A stretch of 64,000 nt of DNA, taken from NCBI GenBank assembly GCA_963806185.1, contig CAWDXE010000004.1:352001-416000 (forward strand), given 5' to 3'. Within the stretch, counting starts at the first letter, position 1. Every line of letters starts with the position of its first letter. The translations under genes were made by a program, and so were the position numbers. The notes under the pieces were generated by a model. That model made no database searches and was not told the DNA's origin. It saw only the letters and a list, made by a program, of their open reading frames with translations. Below, one piece after another: positions 49,322-60,378 of the stretch. The DNA comes from an uncultured candidate division Zixibacteria bacterium (GTDB lineage: Bacteria; Zixibacteria; MSB-5A5; GN15; FEB-12).

Positions 49322-51391
49322 TCACTCCTCAGGCCGCATTTCGCAGGACAATTGCCAGGCATAAGACCGTTCGTCCGAATTGTCGGTGACGATGTGGATG
49401 GTCGTGTTTTGTTCGATCCGTCCGTACGATTCAGAGTACTTGGTCTCCTGAATCTCAAATCTGTCCGGTCTCCAACCGAGAGTGAGTTTCACTCGCCACC
49501 TTCCGCTGGAAATGACCGCCTCCTGCTCATTAAGAATTTCACATTTCGCCGTCGGATCCAGCGGGAGATGCCACTCAAGCACATGCCCCAAACTTTCGAG
49601 AAATCGATCATTCACGGAGACGCACTCGTGCGGCTTATCGAGCTCGATGGTCCGCATGTGGACGACCGGTGACGGCAATCGGTTGTATCCGTAATGACAG
49701 GCGGACAGTCGATCAGTGTCATCGTTGGTAGTCCACGAGAGCACTTTGGGAAAATCGCTCGGGATCATGCGGAACGGATTGTCGGCAGGAAATTCATTGA
49801 TCTCGCGACCATCAATTTGAACAGTGTTGTGACAGGCTGTTGACCGAAACCGATTGCGGACAGCCATCGATCGTGAATACCCCCCGGTCCCCGGATCAAC
49901 AATTACCCGGGAGTCCCCGACAGAGAGAGTGAAGCTCAGCGTATCGTTGTGCGCGTGCGCGCCCACGCCGTTGAGACCGACATTTCCGCAATCGACAAGG
50001 CAGTGGATATTTCTACTGCGCATGACGTAGATACCGCTTACCGGAAACGGCGTGCTTTTTGGCGGGGCCGGCGAGACTTCTGCCGTCCGCGCCGTTTTGC
50101 CCACGGGCAGCAACCAGTCTGCTTCTTCGATTGAATCGTACGCCCGAGCAAACGTGGCATTGTCCGGGAAAAGTCGGGCCGCCAAGGCGAGCAGGTAGTG
50201 GTGATCATTCATGGGCCGCGTAAATGGGCTGACGATAGTATGGAGTCGGCCGTTGTCATTGTCCCCGATTTGAGGCACCAGTCCGTGGACCGGCGTGTAC
50301 GCCGCTACGAACTCGAAAGCCCTCTCCAGGTGGCACCAGGTCTCGTAAGCCAAATCAAGCCCGTTGGCCCTCAGGAGCAGAGCGGGTATAGTGATCAGTT
50401 CGAGCGCAAGACGGTGGTATGGAATCGAAGCCTCAAAGGAAACTCCGTCTGCCTGTAACTGCCTCCATATCTGCTTCTCCAGTTCCCGGCGTGCGAAAGA
50501 CAGCCACTGCGACGAGTCCGGAAACTCGGGAAACAGTACACCCAGATAGATGAGTCCGGCCAGATCGGCCAGGTAATGATTATTGGTGTTGTTGGGGTGA
50601 CGTTCCAGATTCTGATCGATGAACCTGCCGTGGGTTTCCAGACTGGCAAGAAACCGTCGCACGAAGGTACTATCGAGACGATCGTCGTGTCGAACCAGTT
50701 GCCACCAGTAGGTCCAGTTGCACGCGCGGATGGCGACGTCCATCGCGCACAGCCAATTTGGTCCATGGTAAACGGGATTCTTATCCAGCCAATCGATGAG
50801 CATGTCCTGCGCGGCCCGCAGATTCCGTAAGTCGTTTGTCAGTCGCAGAGCGATGCCGAGAGACGGCAGGTATTGAAAGCGCGAGAGTTCCCAGACCCAT
50901 TTGATGTCGGCGCCAACATCTCCTCGCATCGAGAGGTCGCCGACGAATCGAAGTGGCCAACGGAATCCGCTCACGGCGTCTCGGTGCCAATCGATGGCGT
51001 TGCCCAGAGCGATAATACCCGAGCCGAGGAGGTCCACCTCATGATTGCAGACCCGGTCGGCATAGGCAATCAGCCGTCCGTAATATGGTAGCAAGGGCAA
51101 GTCGGAGGGATCAACGAAGAACGCCGGCCGGGGCCCGACGCGAATGGACCGTATCTGTTCAGCGGACCACTGGGCTGCACGCCGACGCTCGCGCCGTTGT
51201 TCAGACTTGGCGCCGCATAATCGAGCATACCAGTCATGCACATACTCGGACGTACGATAGACAATCGCATCCGGGCGTCTTAGTGCGTTGAAGAAGCGTT
51301 GCTTGCCAGTCAAACCTGTATAACCCTCAGACTGAGTATATTCCACTGCCCTTATCCGAGCAACAAAAGACGAGGAACCAAAAGCGGCCAT
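49322..51391 (-). CDS. Heparinase II/III family protein
   Basis: DIKWVWELSRFQ, NNHYLAD, DGVSFEAS..YH, IGDNDNG, HAHNDTLSF, DPGT and RSTACHNT. Start codon uncertain. Confidence 0.88.
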   Translation of the reverse strand: MAAFGSSSFVARIRAVEYTQSEGYTGLTGKQRFFNALRRPDAIVYRTSEYVHDWYARLCGAKSEQRRERRRAAQWSAEQIRSIRVGPRPAFFVDPSDLPLLPYYGRLIAYADRVCNHEVDLLGSGIIALGNAIDWHRDAVSGFRWPLRFVGDLSMRGDVGADIKWVWELSRFQYLPSLGIALRLTNDLRNLRAAQDMLIDWLDKNPVYHGPNWLCAMDVAIRACNWTYWWQLVRHDDRLDSTFVRRFLASLETHGRFIDQNLERHPNNTNNHYLADLAGLIYLGVLFPEFPDSSQWLSFARRELEKQIWRQLQADGVSFEASIPYHRLALELITIPALLLRANGLDLAYETWCHLERAFEFVAAYTPVHGLVPQIGDNDNGRLHTIVSPFTRPMNDHHYLLALAARLFPDNATFARAYDSIEEADWLLPVGKTARTAEVSPAPPKSTPFPVSGIYVMRSRNIHCLVDCGNVGLNGVGAHAHNDTLSFTLSVGDSRVIVDPGTGGYSRSMAVRNRFRSTACHNTVQIDGREINEFPADNPFRMIPSDFPKVLSWTTNDDTDRLSACHYGYNRLPSPVVHMRTIELDKPHECVSVNDRFLESLGHVLEWHLPLDPTAKCEILNEQEAVISSGRWRVKLTLGWRPDRFEIQETKYSESYGRIEQNTTIHIVTDNSDERSYAWQLSCEMRPEE

Positions 51392-51505
51392 TTGGCTTTA
51401 TAGGTAACGACTAGTCTGAATAGCATTGACACATACGTTCGAATTTGAGATCAATAACTATGAAGCCACCAGCCGGCGAACGGTTGGGGCCACGAAGGAG
51501 GATCA

Positions 51506-51934
51506 GTGCCAATACGCAAAGCAACAGCCGTTTGGGAAGGGACATTTCCACAGGGCAGCGGAAGAATCACGCTTGACAGCGGAACATTTAACGGCAAGTA
51601 CTCATTCGGTACCCGTTTCGGCGGCGATCCGGGGACCAATCCGGAGGAATTGATAGCGGCCGCACATGCAGGCTGCTTCTCGATGGCTCTGGCGGCCGGA
51701 CTTACGAAGGCAGGTTACGCTCCGCGCTTCATCGAGACGGTGGCGAAGGTGGATCTCCAGCAGGTCGATGGTGGTTTTGGAATCGTCAAAATTGGCCTGT
51801 CGAGTGCGGCCAACGTCCCCGATATCTCTGACGCCGAATTTCAGAAGCTTGCCGCAGACACGAAGGCCGGCTGCCCGGTTTCAAAGGCATTGGCAGCGGT
51901 CGAAATCACTCTGGACGCCCACCTGACCAAGTAG
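51506..51934 (+). CDS. osmC: OsmC family peroxiredoxin
   Basis: GTNPEELIAAAHAGCFSMAL and AGCPVSKAL. Confidence 0.93.
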   Translation: MPIRKATAVWEGTFPQGSGRITLDSGTFNGKYSFGTRFGGDPGTNPEELIAAAHAGCFSMALAAGLTKAGYAPRFIETVAKVDLQQVDGGFGIVKIGLSSAANVPDISDAEFQKLAADTKAGCPVSKALAAVEITLDAHLTK

Positions 51935-51963
51935 CCTGATGACCGTCGGCTGGTTACCGCTTA

Positions 51964-52671
51964 TTAATGACAGCAGGGTGGGGTGTTCGTTGTCATCTTC
52001 GGAGTCAGATCCGGGCTGATGTATTTGATGCCCAGCCCCATTCCGCGCAGGATCAATAGCGAGCCAAGAATGATCGCGAATACGGGCAGTGCTCTGATGA
52101 GTACTGTCCGTACACGCACCGGTAAGAGCCTCCCGAATAGCGACGTGGCGAGCATCAGCGGTATTGTCCCCAGTCCGAAGAAGAACATGTAGAGTGAGGC
52201 TCCCTGCGCGCTCCCGGTCGTCGCTGACGCTGCGAGTCCCACATAGACGAAGCCGCATGGCAAGAGACCGTTGAGCAAGCCGATCCCGAAAAGCGAGAGC
52301 TGGGAACTTGACTGGAGCCGGCCACGCAACTTGCCGGTGACAAACTTGGTGATGCCGGACGAAAGTCCGAAAGGCAGAACTCGCGCAAACCACTTCGAGG
52401 GGAGAATGACCATCAACAGTATGATGATGCCCGACAGGATCGACAGCGTTTGCTGGGTGCCGAGTATCGCGACTGATTTACCGGCGAGTCCGATGACTGC
52501 CCCCATGGCGGCATAGGTTATTGCCCGACCAAGATTATACAGCAATCTACTGCTTACTAGTCGCAGACGAGACGGATATTTCCCGGGTAGAGCCAGGGCC
52601 AACGGTCCGCACATGCCGACACAGTGCACACTCCCGAGGAATCCGACTACCAAGGCACTCCACCATTCCAT
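51964..52671 (-). CDS. DsbD_2/TauE-like cytochrome oxidase assembly membrane protein
   Basis: GSVHCVGMCGP and NGLLPCGFVY; last gene of the cco operon. Confidence 0.88.
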   Translation of the reverse strand: MEWWSALVVGFLGSVHCVGMCGPLALALPGKYPSRLRLVSSRLLYNLGRAITYAAMGAVIGLAGKSVAILGTQQTLSILSGIIILLMVILPSKWFARVLPFGLSSGITKFVTGKLRGRLQSSSQLSLFGIGLLNGLLPCGFVYVGLAASATTGSAQGASLYMFFFGLGTIPLMLATSLFGRLLPVRVRTVLIRALPVFAIILGSLLILRGMGLGIKYISPDLTPKMTTNTPPCCH

Positions 52672-52674
52672 ACA

Positions 52675-53139
52675 TTACTCGACAATAAAGGTCTGTTCCT
52701 GATAATACGCACTATCCAGATAACGCCATTTCATCTTGGCATTCCACTTGCCCTTTGGCAGACTCGACATGTCCGCACGCTGAATCCCGTCGACTCCCAA
52801 AGCAAGTGTCACCGTCCGATCGTACGACGAATTGGATGGTCGAAACAGGACTACTTCGCCAGAGACCTCCTGCGGGCGGAAGGACGACGGGAACGCGACG
52901 ACGAGAGCATTTCCAGCGTGATCGTAGGCAATTGTAGGCGGTTGTGCCAGCGTCGATACCCGCTCCATTTCGTCAATTCGCCCCTGATGCGCGATTCCTC
53001 GCTCGTAGTATTGCTTGTCGACCAGGTCGAAGCGCTGATACGACGCAAAGCCGACGCACGCAAGAATAAACACGACAAAGCCGCCAAAGAGCACCGCCAC
53101 AAAATAACCCCAGCGACTATCTCTCTCAGTCGTCGTCAT
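52675..53139 (-). CDS. ccoH: FixH/CcoH family protein
   Basis: N-terminal TM helix, DLVDKQYYE, LFRPSN..YD and GKW. Confidence 0.85.
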   Translation of the reverse strand: MTTTERDSRWGYFVAVLFGGFVVFILACVGFASYQRFDLVDKQYYERGIAHQGRIDEMERVSTLAQPPTIAYDHAGNALVVAFPSSFRPQEVSGEVVLFRPSNSSYDRTVTLALGVDGIQRADMSSLPKGKWNAKMKWRYLDSAYYQEQTFIVE

Positions 53140-54577
53140 GATCGTGCTCCTTTTCTTCCTTGTGCTGTCCCGGCGTCGGGGAGGAGAAGGTTGTGCGAAT
53201 CGTCTCCAGTCGATCGGCGCCGCTGTACACGCCGATGTGCATCAGGCGCGACGATGTGAGGGCCTGGTTGCCGGGCACGGTAATGATGAACACCGATTCG
53301 CCGCTACCGCCGGCGGTCACATCTAGTCTCGGGCCGACCACTTCCAGTTTACCCGGCCCATCGTCGATTTTCAGTTCAATCGGCAGTTCCCGGCCGGATT
53401 TGTTTATGACGCGCACAGTGTAGAGATTGCGGATGGATCCGTTTTCAAGTTCCTGGTACAGGCTGCCGGAGGCCCGTAGAATCGTCGTCTGAGTGTCACT
53501 GCGAAACGCCAGAAGTGTCGACATCAACACCAGCAGGGCGGCCAGGATAACCGAGTAGATTTTGACGCGTCCGGACAGGCGGAATTTCTGTCCATGGGCG
53601 ATCGTATTGTACGACGAATACCGGATCAAACCTTTTGGCAGGCTCATGCGGTCCATGACCCTGTCGCAGGCGTCGATGCAGGCCGTGCAGTTGACGCATT
53701 CCAGTTGGGTGCCGTTCCGGATGTCGATACCGGTGGGGCAGACCTTGACGCAGGCCGCGCAATCGATACAATGGCCGCGCTGTGAGAAATCGTCTGTTTC
53801 TGGGCCGGTGCACGCGGCTCGCCGCGACGAAAGTCGTAGGCGACGACTATCGAGTTGTTGTCGAGGAGCACCGACTGCAAGCGTCCATAGGGACAGACGA
53901 GCGTGCAGGCCTGCTCGCGAAACCAGGCAAAGACCCAGTAGAACGACGAGTGAAAAGACGATCATGATGAACAAGCCGGTCAGATGCTCGGCTCGGCGGA
54001 TCGGTGATTATTGCTCAGTGAGTTGATCGATGCCGATGAAGTAGGCGAGAAACGTGTTACCGATGACGAAGGCAATCGCAAAGAAGATAAGCTGCTTGCC
54101 CCTTTTTCAGGAATCTTGGACGACAGTCCACGGCGCGCGAGCCAGTTCACGCTGGCGAGGTCCGTTGCCCTCGATCGAGATATTCAATCTTGCGATAGAC
54201 CATTTCGAGGAAGATCGTTTGCGGGCAGGCCCAGCCGCAGAAGAGACGTCCGAATGCCGCCGTGAACAAAATGATGAAGACGACGAGCAGAATGACGCCC
54301 AGGACGAACAGATAGAAATCCTGCGGCCAGAAAGTCGACTCCGAAAATGAAGAACTTGCGATTCAGGATGTCAAATAGAAGAAACGGATGACCGCCCACG
54401 CGGATGAACGGTGCTCCGAAAAGGAACGCCAGAAGGAGCACAGCCACCCAGGTTCGAGCCGTGTGAAATCGACCGTGCGGCTTGTTGGGATAGACCCACA
54501 CTCCGGCGACCGGTCTTGTCGATGGTGGCAAGGTTGTCGCGAAAGGAATTGTCGTTCTCGTAGCTCTCCTTCGCCAT
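53126..54577 (-). CDS. ccoG: Cytochrome c oxidase accessory protein CcoG/FixG; multiple frameshifts
   Basis: FRDNLATID, CIDCAACVKVCPTGIDIRNGTQLECVNCTACIDAC and GLIRY, spread over several frames. Confidence 0.88.
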
Positions 54578-54582
54578 TCAGC

Positions 54583-55267
54583 CTACTTCGGAATCTCCGT
54601 CACCAGATCCCCTGAGGGGCCTTTGGATCTCGGCGGGTTGGTACCTCGCATACTCAGGACAAAACTGGCCACCTGAAGAATCTGCTCGGGTTTGAGCTCA
54701 GTTCGCCAGGCCACCATGCCTTTCGTCGGATAGCCGAACTTGATGCTCTTCACGACATTGGTCATGCCGGCGCCGTGAATCCAGTAATCGTCGGTCAAGA
54801 TTCGGTCCGATCAAACCCTGCGCCAACGGGCCGTGGCACGAAATGCAGTTCTTGGTGAATATCGCATTGCCAGCTTCGATCGCCTGTCCGATCGGTTAAG
54901 GGCCACGTAGGTCGTAGTGTCCGACTCACGCGTCTCGGTGGCTCCGCCGAGTTTGAGCTTTTTCATACCTGCCGGCGCTCGAGCTGGAGATCACGTTGCG
55001 GGTTAGCATACGGCGCATGATATTGAGGCAGTACTCCGAAATACTGGTTCTCTGACGGGTGTGAACGCACATATAGCGGGTTCATTTCCTTCAGGTACTC
55101 GTCTCCGCTCAAGTAGCCGATCCCGAATACGTGGAAGTACAGCATATAGAGCACGGCGAAGATGATCGAGAAGTAGAACAACCACACCCACCAGCGTGGG
55201 AGGTCGTTGTCCAGCTCCGAATGCCGTCATAATCATGATCGAGCAAGGTATCACGCATTTCAGCCAT
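54583..55267 (-). CDS. ccoP: cbb3-type cytochrome c oxidase subunit III (CcoP), mono-haem; multiple frameshifts
   Basis: LDHDYDGI.ELDNDLPRWW, a single CISCH haem motif, GPNLTDDYWIHG and KGMVAW. Confidence 0.85.
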
Positions 55268-55455
55268 GACGATCGATCCTCCTGCGTGGTCCGAGCCGGC
55301 ATCCAGCGGAAGCCGCTCGGCTTCGCTGAATCGTCCGCTTATCCAATCGGATAGCCCAGATAATAACGGCGGAAAACGCCAGCACAAATACGATCAGTGA
55401 GATCAGGGGAAAGACGTCGAATTCCCTCGATTGAACTCAATACTTCACTCAACAC
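55260..55455 (-). CDS. ccoQ: cbb3-type oxidase subunit CcoQ; frameshifted
   Basis: GTG-LSEVLSSIEG...VFPLISLIVFVLAF...IW...LPLD, located between ccoO and ccoP. Confidence 0.6.
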
Positions 55456-55464
55456 GATTGCACC

Positions 55465-57649
55465 TCACATCCCCGCCTGAGTAGGCGGCTTCACTTTGAT
55501 GTCGGTTCCCAGCCTCTGCAGGTAGGCAATCAGCGCGATGATCTCCTTGTCGGCTGTCGCCTCGATCCCGGTCTGCTTCAGATTGGCCACAATCTGCCTG
55601 CGCCTGCGTAGTGAGGTCGGCGTTGGCGCGCTGGTCATACCCGACGGGATACGGCACGCCCAGCGCCTGCATCGCGCGAATCTTGGCGACCGGTGACTGG
55701 CGGTGTCGAGCGTCCGGGTCAGCAGCCACGGGAATGGCGGCATGATCGATCCGGGCGACATGGACTCCGGATCGCGCATGTGATTGATAGTGCCAGGCAT
55801 CGGGATATTTGCCACCTTCCCGCATCAGATCCGGTCCGGTCCGCTTTGAGCCCCACTGGAAGGGATGGTCGTAGACATACTCGCCCGCCTTGGAATATTC
55901 TCCGTAGCGCTCGGTTTCGGATCGGAACGGACGAATGAGTTGCGAATGGCAGGTATAGCATCCCTCGGATACGTAAATGTCGCGCCCCTGCAGTTCCAGC
56001 GGAGTATATGGCTTGACAGCGGCAATGGTCGGGATATTCGATTCGACCAAGAAAGGTCGGCACCATCTGCACGATCGCCGCCAATCAGAATCGCGATCGT
56101 CGACAGGATCAGGAACTGCACCGGCTTTCGTTCGAGCAAGCGATGCCAAGTCTTATCGTGGCCGGTAGGTGAACATAGTTCGGCTTCAGCGCCGGGGCTT
56201 GGGCCATTTCATTCGGCGGCAAACGTACCCAGCTTGGTCGTCTTGAACAAATTGTAGGCCATCACCAGTACGCCGATCAAGGAAGAGCAGCGCCACCAAT
56301 GACCCGAATCGATATACATCGGAATAATCTGCAGGACTGTCTCGAGGAAATTCGGATACTGCAGGAATCCATCCGGCGTAAATTGCTTCCACATCAAGCC
56401 CTGGGTGATCCCCGCAAAGTAGAGCGGGAAGGGCATAGACGATGATGCCCAGCAGGCCGATCCAGAAATGGAAATTGGCCAGTTTGTCTGAATACAGCTT
56501 CGCGTTCCAGAGTCGCGGAATCAGCCAGTACAGCATACCGAAAGGTCAGGAATCCGTTCCAGCCGAGGGCGCCGACATGCACGTGGGCGATTGTCCAGTC
56601 GGTGAAATGCGAGAGCGCATTCACGCTCTTGATCGAAAGCGTCGGTCCTTCGAAGGTCGCCATCCCGTAGGCCGTCACGGCCACCACCATGAACTTCAGC
56701 ACGGCATCTTCACGCACTTTGTCCCAGGCGCCGCGCAGGGTCAGCAGACCGTTGAGCATGCCGCCCCATGACGGCGCGATCAGCATGATCGAAAACACCG
56801 TGCCCAACGACTGCGCCCAGTCCGGCAGGGACGAATAGAGCAAGGTGATGCGGGCCGGCCCAGATGTAAATGAATATCAGCGCCCAGAAATGAATGATCG
56901 AAAGCCGATACGAGAAGACCGGTCGATTGGCCGCTTTGGGCAGGAAGTAGTACATCAAGCCCAGATACGGCGTGGTCAGGAAGAAGGCGACCGCGTTGTG
57001 ACCGTACCACCATTGCACCAGCGCATCCTGCACGCCGGCGTACACCGGGTAGCTTTTCATGAACGATACCGGCAGCTCGATCGAATTGACGACGTGCAGC
57101 ACGGTCACCGTCACCCAGGTGGCGATATAGAACCAGATCGCGACATACATGTGGCGTTCGCGCCGTTTGAGTATGGTGCCGAACATATTGATGCCGAAGA
57201 TGATCCAGACCAGGGCGATCAGCGATGTCAATCGGCCATTCCAGCTCCGCGTACTCCTTGCTGGTAGTGAATCCGACCGGCAGGCTAATCGCCGCCGCGA
57301 CGATGATCAGCTGCCAGCCCCAGAAATGTACCCAGGACAAGGTGTCGTTCCACATTCGGGCTTTGCAGAGTCGTTGCAGGGAGTAGTAGACGCCCATGAA
57401 AATGCCGTTGCCGACAAAGGCAAAGATGACGGCATTGGTGTGAACCGGGCGAATGTGGCTGAACGTCGTGTAGGGAATCCCGAGATTCAGCTTCGGCCAG
57501 ACCAATTGCGAGGCCGCCAACAGCCCGACCAGCATGCCGACCGCGCCCCAAATGACCGTCGCCCAGGCAAAGTACCTGACGACCTGATTGTCGTAGTGAA
57601 AGGTCTCAAGTAGTTGATCCGTCTTCGGCGGATGCTCGTCTTGCTTCAT
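55465..57649 (-). CDS. ccoN: Fused cbb3-type cytochrome c oxidase subunit I/II (CcoNO); multiple frameshifts
   Basis: [33 protein letters not shown] and [11 protein letters not shown], then CcoO motifs [19 protein letters not shown] and [10 protein letters not shown]. Confidence 0.9.
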
Positions 57650-57652
57650 ACG

Positions 57653-57808
57653 CTATTCTTTCTTCCTTCGACTATCTTCAAACAGCATTCGAATTTTTGG
57701 AGTGTAGGTGTCGTCGTACTGGCCGCGGCGGACGGCATAGATGAAGGCCACCAGAAATCCGAGCGCGACCAGCAGCGATGCTCCCATGATGACAAAGAGT
57801 ACCGCCAT
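57653..57808 (-). CDS. ccoS: cbb3-type oxidase maturation protein CcoS (missing from the ORF track)
   Basis: Translates as MAVLFVIMGASLLVALGFLVAFIYAVRRGQYDDTYTPKIRMLFEDSRRKKE, containing the GQYDD motif. Confidence 0.9.
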   Translation of the reverse strand: MAVLFVIMGASLLVALGFLVAFIYAVRRGQYDDTYTPKIRMLFEDSRRKKE

Positions 57809-60249
57809 CAGGCCAATCCTTCCCGACGCGCCTGCCAGCGCGTACCGAGCGTGGCGACCAGAACGACCGTCACCGAACTTACGGGCATCAGAATGGCCGA
57901 GACCAACGGCGTCAGATGCCCGGAGGCAGCGAATCCCAGACCAACGATATTGTATATGATCGAAATGATGAAACTGAAGATGATGATCAGCCGGCTGCGA
58001 CGTGCGAAGCTAAAGAATCTCGGCAATTTGTCTATGGCCGCCGAACTGACAATCACGTCAGACGCCGGCGTAAACGTGCTGCCTTCTGCGGCAACGGCTA
58101 TCCCTACATCAGACTGCCGCAGTGCTCCGGCATCGTTCAGCCCGTCACCCAGCATGGCTACCCGGATACCTTTTGCCTGTTTCTTGGCGACATAGTCGAG
58201 TTTGTCGTCGGGAGATTGGTCAAAGCGGAGTACGCTGTTGCCGCCGAGAAGTCGTTCAAAGCGGGACCGTTCGCGGGATGTGTCTCCGGAAACCAGTGAC
58301 AATTCATACATCCGGGCCAGTTGGTGCAGCATTTCCTGCAGCCCTGTCCGTTCAACTGAGGTGACAACGAACCGGCCGCGGTATTTTCCGTCTAAAGCAA
58401 AGTGGACGCTGCTGCCGAGGGAATCGTCGTCATGCGAATCAACCGACTGATGGCAATGTATCGTCGCCCACGCCTTTCGTCCCAGAGCGACTTCCGAATT
58501 GGCGATCGTTGCGATGAGCCCTTGTCCGGTGACTTCTTCAAATGAGGTGACTGAGGCAAATACCTGATCGCCTCCAAGTTCGGCCAGGCGTCGGCTCAAT
58601 GGGTGTGTCGAATGGCGGGCCACGGACGCCACGAGGCAGGATTCGGCGGACGTGAGAGGCCCCTCGACTCCCTCAAAGTGAATGTGGCCGGTGGTGGTTA
58701 ATGTCCCGGTCTTGTCGAAGACGATAGCATCGATGCCGGCCAGTCGTTCGACCGTATCCGTGTTCTTGACATAAAACTCATGGCGGCCCAGAATACGAAG
58801 AGCGGTGCCGAGTACGAAGGGCGAAGCAAGCGCCAGGGCACACGGGCAAGCCACGATGAGCACGGAGACGACCGCGAGCGTCATCCGGGTCGGGTCAACA
58901 AGCGCCCAGTAGCCGGCAGTCAGCAGTGCAATCGTGAGCACGCCGAAGGTGAAATACCTGCTTGCGCCGTTCGCCAGGGACTCAATGCGAGAGGGGCGTC
59001 CCTTGGTAAACGAAACATGATTCCACAACCTGGTGAGATAGCTTTGTTCGATCGCCTTGGTCACGAGGATATCGATGGCGGCGCCGACCTGCCGTCCCCC
59101 GGCATAAATCCTCTCACCCTTTCTGCGATTCACCAAGTCCGACTCGCCCGTGACGAAACTGTAGTCGATCTGGCTCTCACCATCGAGCAGGACGCCATCG
59201 GCCGGAATCAGTTCACGGTTGCGAATCACGATTGTATCTCCAATCACTAATTGTGGCAACGGAACTGACTCTTCGCCGGCGGTCGTCTTGCGTATCACGC
59301 TGACGGGGAAATACGATTTATAGTCCCGTTCAAAAGACAATGCCTCGTAACTCTTCTGTTGAAAGAGCCGTCCGAGCAGCAGGAAAAAAACCAGGCCGGA
59401 AAATGAATCAAGGTACCCTGGTCCGATTCCGGAGAACACTTCGTACGCGCTTCGAACGAACAGGGCGAGAAAACCGAGAGCTATCGGTACATCGATATTC
59501 AGCGTCCGCTGCTTCAGCCCCATCCAGGCGGAGACAAAGAAATCTTGAGCGGAATAGAGAAGCACCGGCAGGGCCAGACCGAGCGACACCATGCCGAAGA
59601 GCCAAGGGTACTCGGTTCCGGCCAAAGGCAGTGAGCTGAGGTAACCCGGGAAGGCCAGGAGCATGATATTCCCGAAGGCGAAGCCGGCGACGCCAATCCG
59701 CGTATATAACCCCCGACGAGAAGGCTTCGTGACCGGGCCGCCGAGAGAATCGAGATTGATGACCGGTTCGTACCCCAGCGATGCCAGTAGTTCCACGACC
59801 GCACGCAGGGTCGTCTTCCGGCTGTCCAGAACCAGCATCAACTCGCGGCGAGGAAAGTGCACGGTGGCGCGGCCGACACCCGAATTCAGGGAATGAAGGT
59901 TCTCGAGGAGCCACACACACGCCGAGCAGTGCATCTGAGGGATGATAAGAGTTAAGCGGACGATCCGACCGTCATCGTAATCGACCAGTCGCTCCCTTAC
60001 CAGGGGATCGTCGAGATAGGCGAATCTTTCCCCCGATTCCGCCGTTGGGCGGATTCCCGGACGAGCGGACTCCCGGGCATAGTAAGCGTCCAGGTGATTC
60101 TCGTGCAGAATCTGCCAGACGGCGCGGCAGCCTGAGCAACAGAAGGACAACTCCCCGACAGCAGTGTCCAGATCACGACAGGAGTCCCCACAATGGGCAC
60201 ACTGGACCGCCTGTCGCGGAATTTGTTCAGCTGTTACTGTCGTCGCCAA
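57808..60249 (-). CDS. ccoI: Copper-translocating P1B-type ATPase CcoI/FixI
   Basis: CAHCG...FCCSGC, MHCSAC, TGES, ACPCAL, FDKTGT, HP and GDGLNDA. Confidence 0.93.
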   Translation of the reverse strand: MATTVTAEQIPRQAVQCAHCGDSCRDLDTAVGELSFCCSGCRAVWQILHENHLDAYYARESARPGIRPTAESGERFAYLDDPLVRERLVDYDDGRIVRLTLIIPQMHCSACVWLLENLHSLNSGVGRATVHFPRRELMLVLDSRKTTLRAVVELLASLGYEPVINLDSLGGPVTKPSRRGLYTRIGVAGFAFGNIMLLAFPGYLSSLPLAGTEYPWLFGMVSLGLALPVLLYSAQDFFVSAWMGLKQRTLNIDVPIALGFLALFVRSAYEVFSGIGPGYLDSFSGLVFFLLLGRLFQQKSYEALSFERDYKSYFPVSVIRKTTAGEESVPLPQLVIGDTIVIRNRELIPADGVLLDGESQIDYSFVTGESDLVNRRKGERIYAGGRQVGAAIDILVTKAIEQSYLTRLWNHVSFTKGRPSRIESLANGASRYFTFGVLTIALLTAGYWALVDPTRMTLAVVSVLIVACPCALALASPFVLGTALRILGRHEFYVKNTDTVERLAGIDAIVFDKTGTLTTTGHIHFEGVEGPLTSAESCLVASVARHSTHPLSRRLAELGGDQVFASVTSFEEVTGQGLIATIANSEVALGRKAWATIHCHQSVDSHDDDSLGSSVHFALDGKYRGRFVVTSVERTGLQEMLHQLARMYELSLVSGDTSRERSRFERLLGGNSVLRFDQSPDDKLDYVAKKQAKGIRVAMLGDGLNDAGALRQSDVGIAVAAEGSTFTPASDVIVSSAAIDKLPRFFSFARRSRLIIIFSFIISIIYNIVGLGFAASGHLTPLVSAILMPVSSVTVVLVATLGTRWQARREGLA

Positions 60250-60360
60250 AATACCACCAGGTTGGTTGCCGGTTGTGGTCTATGCGTGCCCATTTTACCC
60301 ATTTTCCTCGGCCGAATATATCGGCTAAGTATCATCCGGGCAAGGCAAAGGTAGAACAAA

Positions 60361-60378
60361 TTGTGAAAAAAGTCACAG
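60361..60378. promoter_or_regulatory. CRP/Rex-like box upstream of the cco operon
   Basis: TTGTGA-AAAAAG-TCACAG, a perfect TGTGA-N6-TCACA core. Confidence 0.6.

Noticed and set aside
54963..54965. Selenocysteine or stop-codon readthrough at the TGA inside ccoP
   Set aside because: The downstream haem motif is in a different frame, so this is a frameshift effect. Other genes use TGA as a normal stop.
53780..57230. Pseudogenisation or programmed frameshifting of the cbb3 operon
   Set aside because: Catalytic motifs are intact, breaks lack consistent slippery sequences, and similar breaks hit essential hisS. Sequencing error is more parsimonious.
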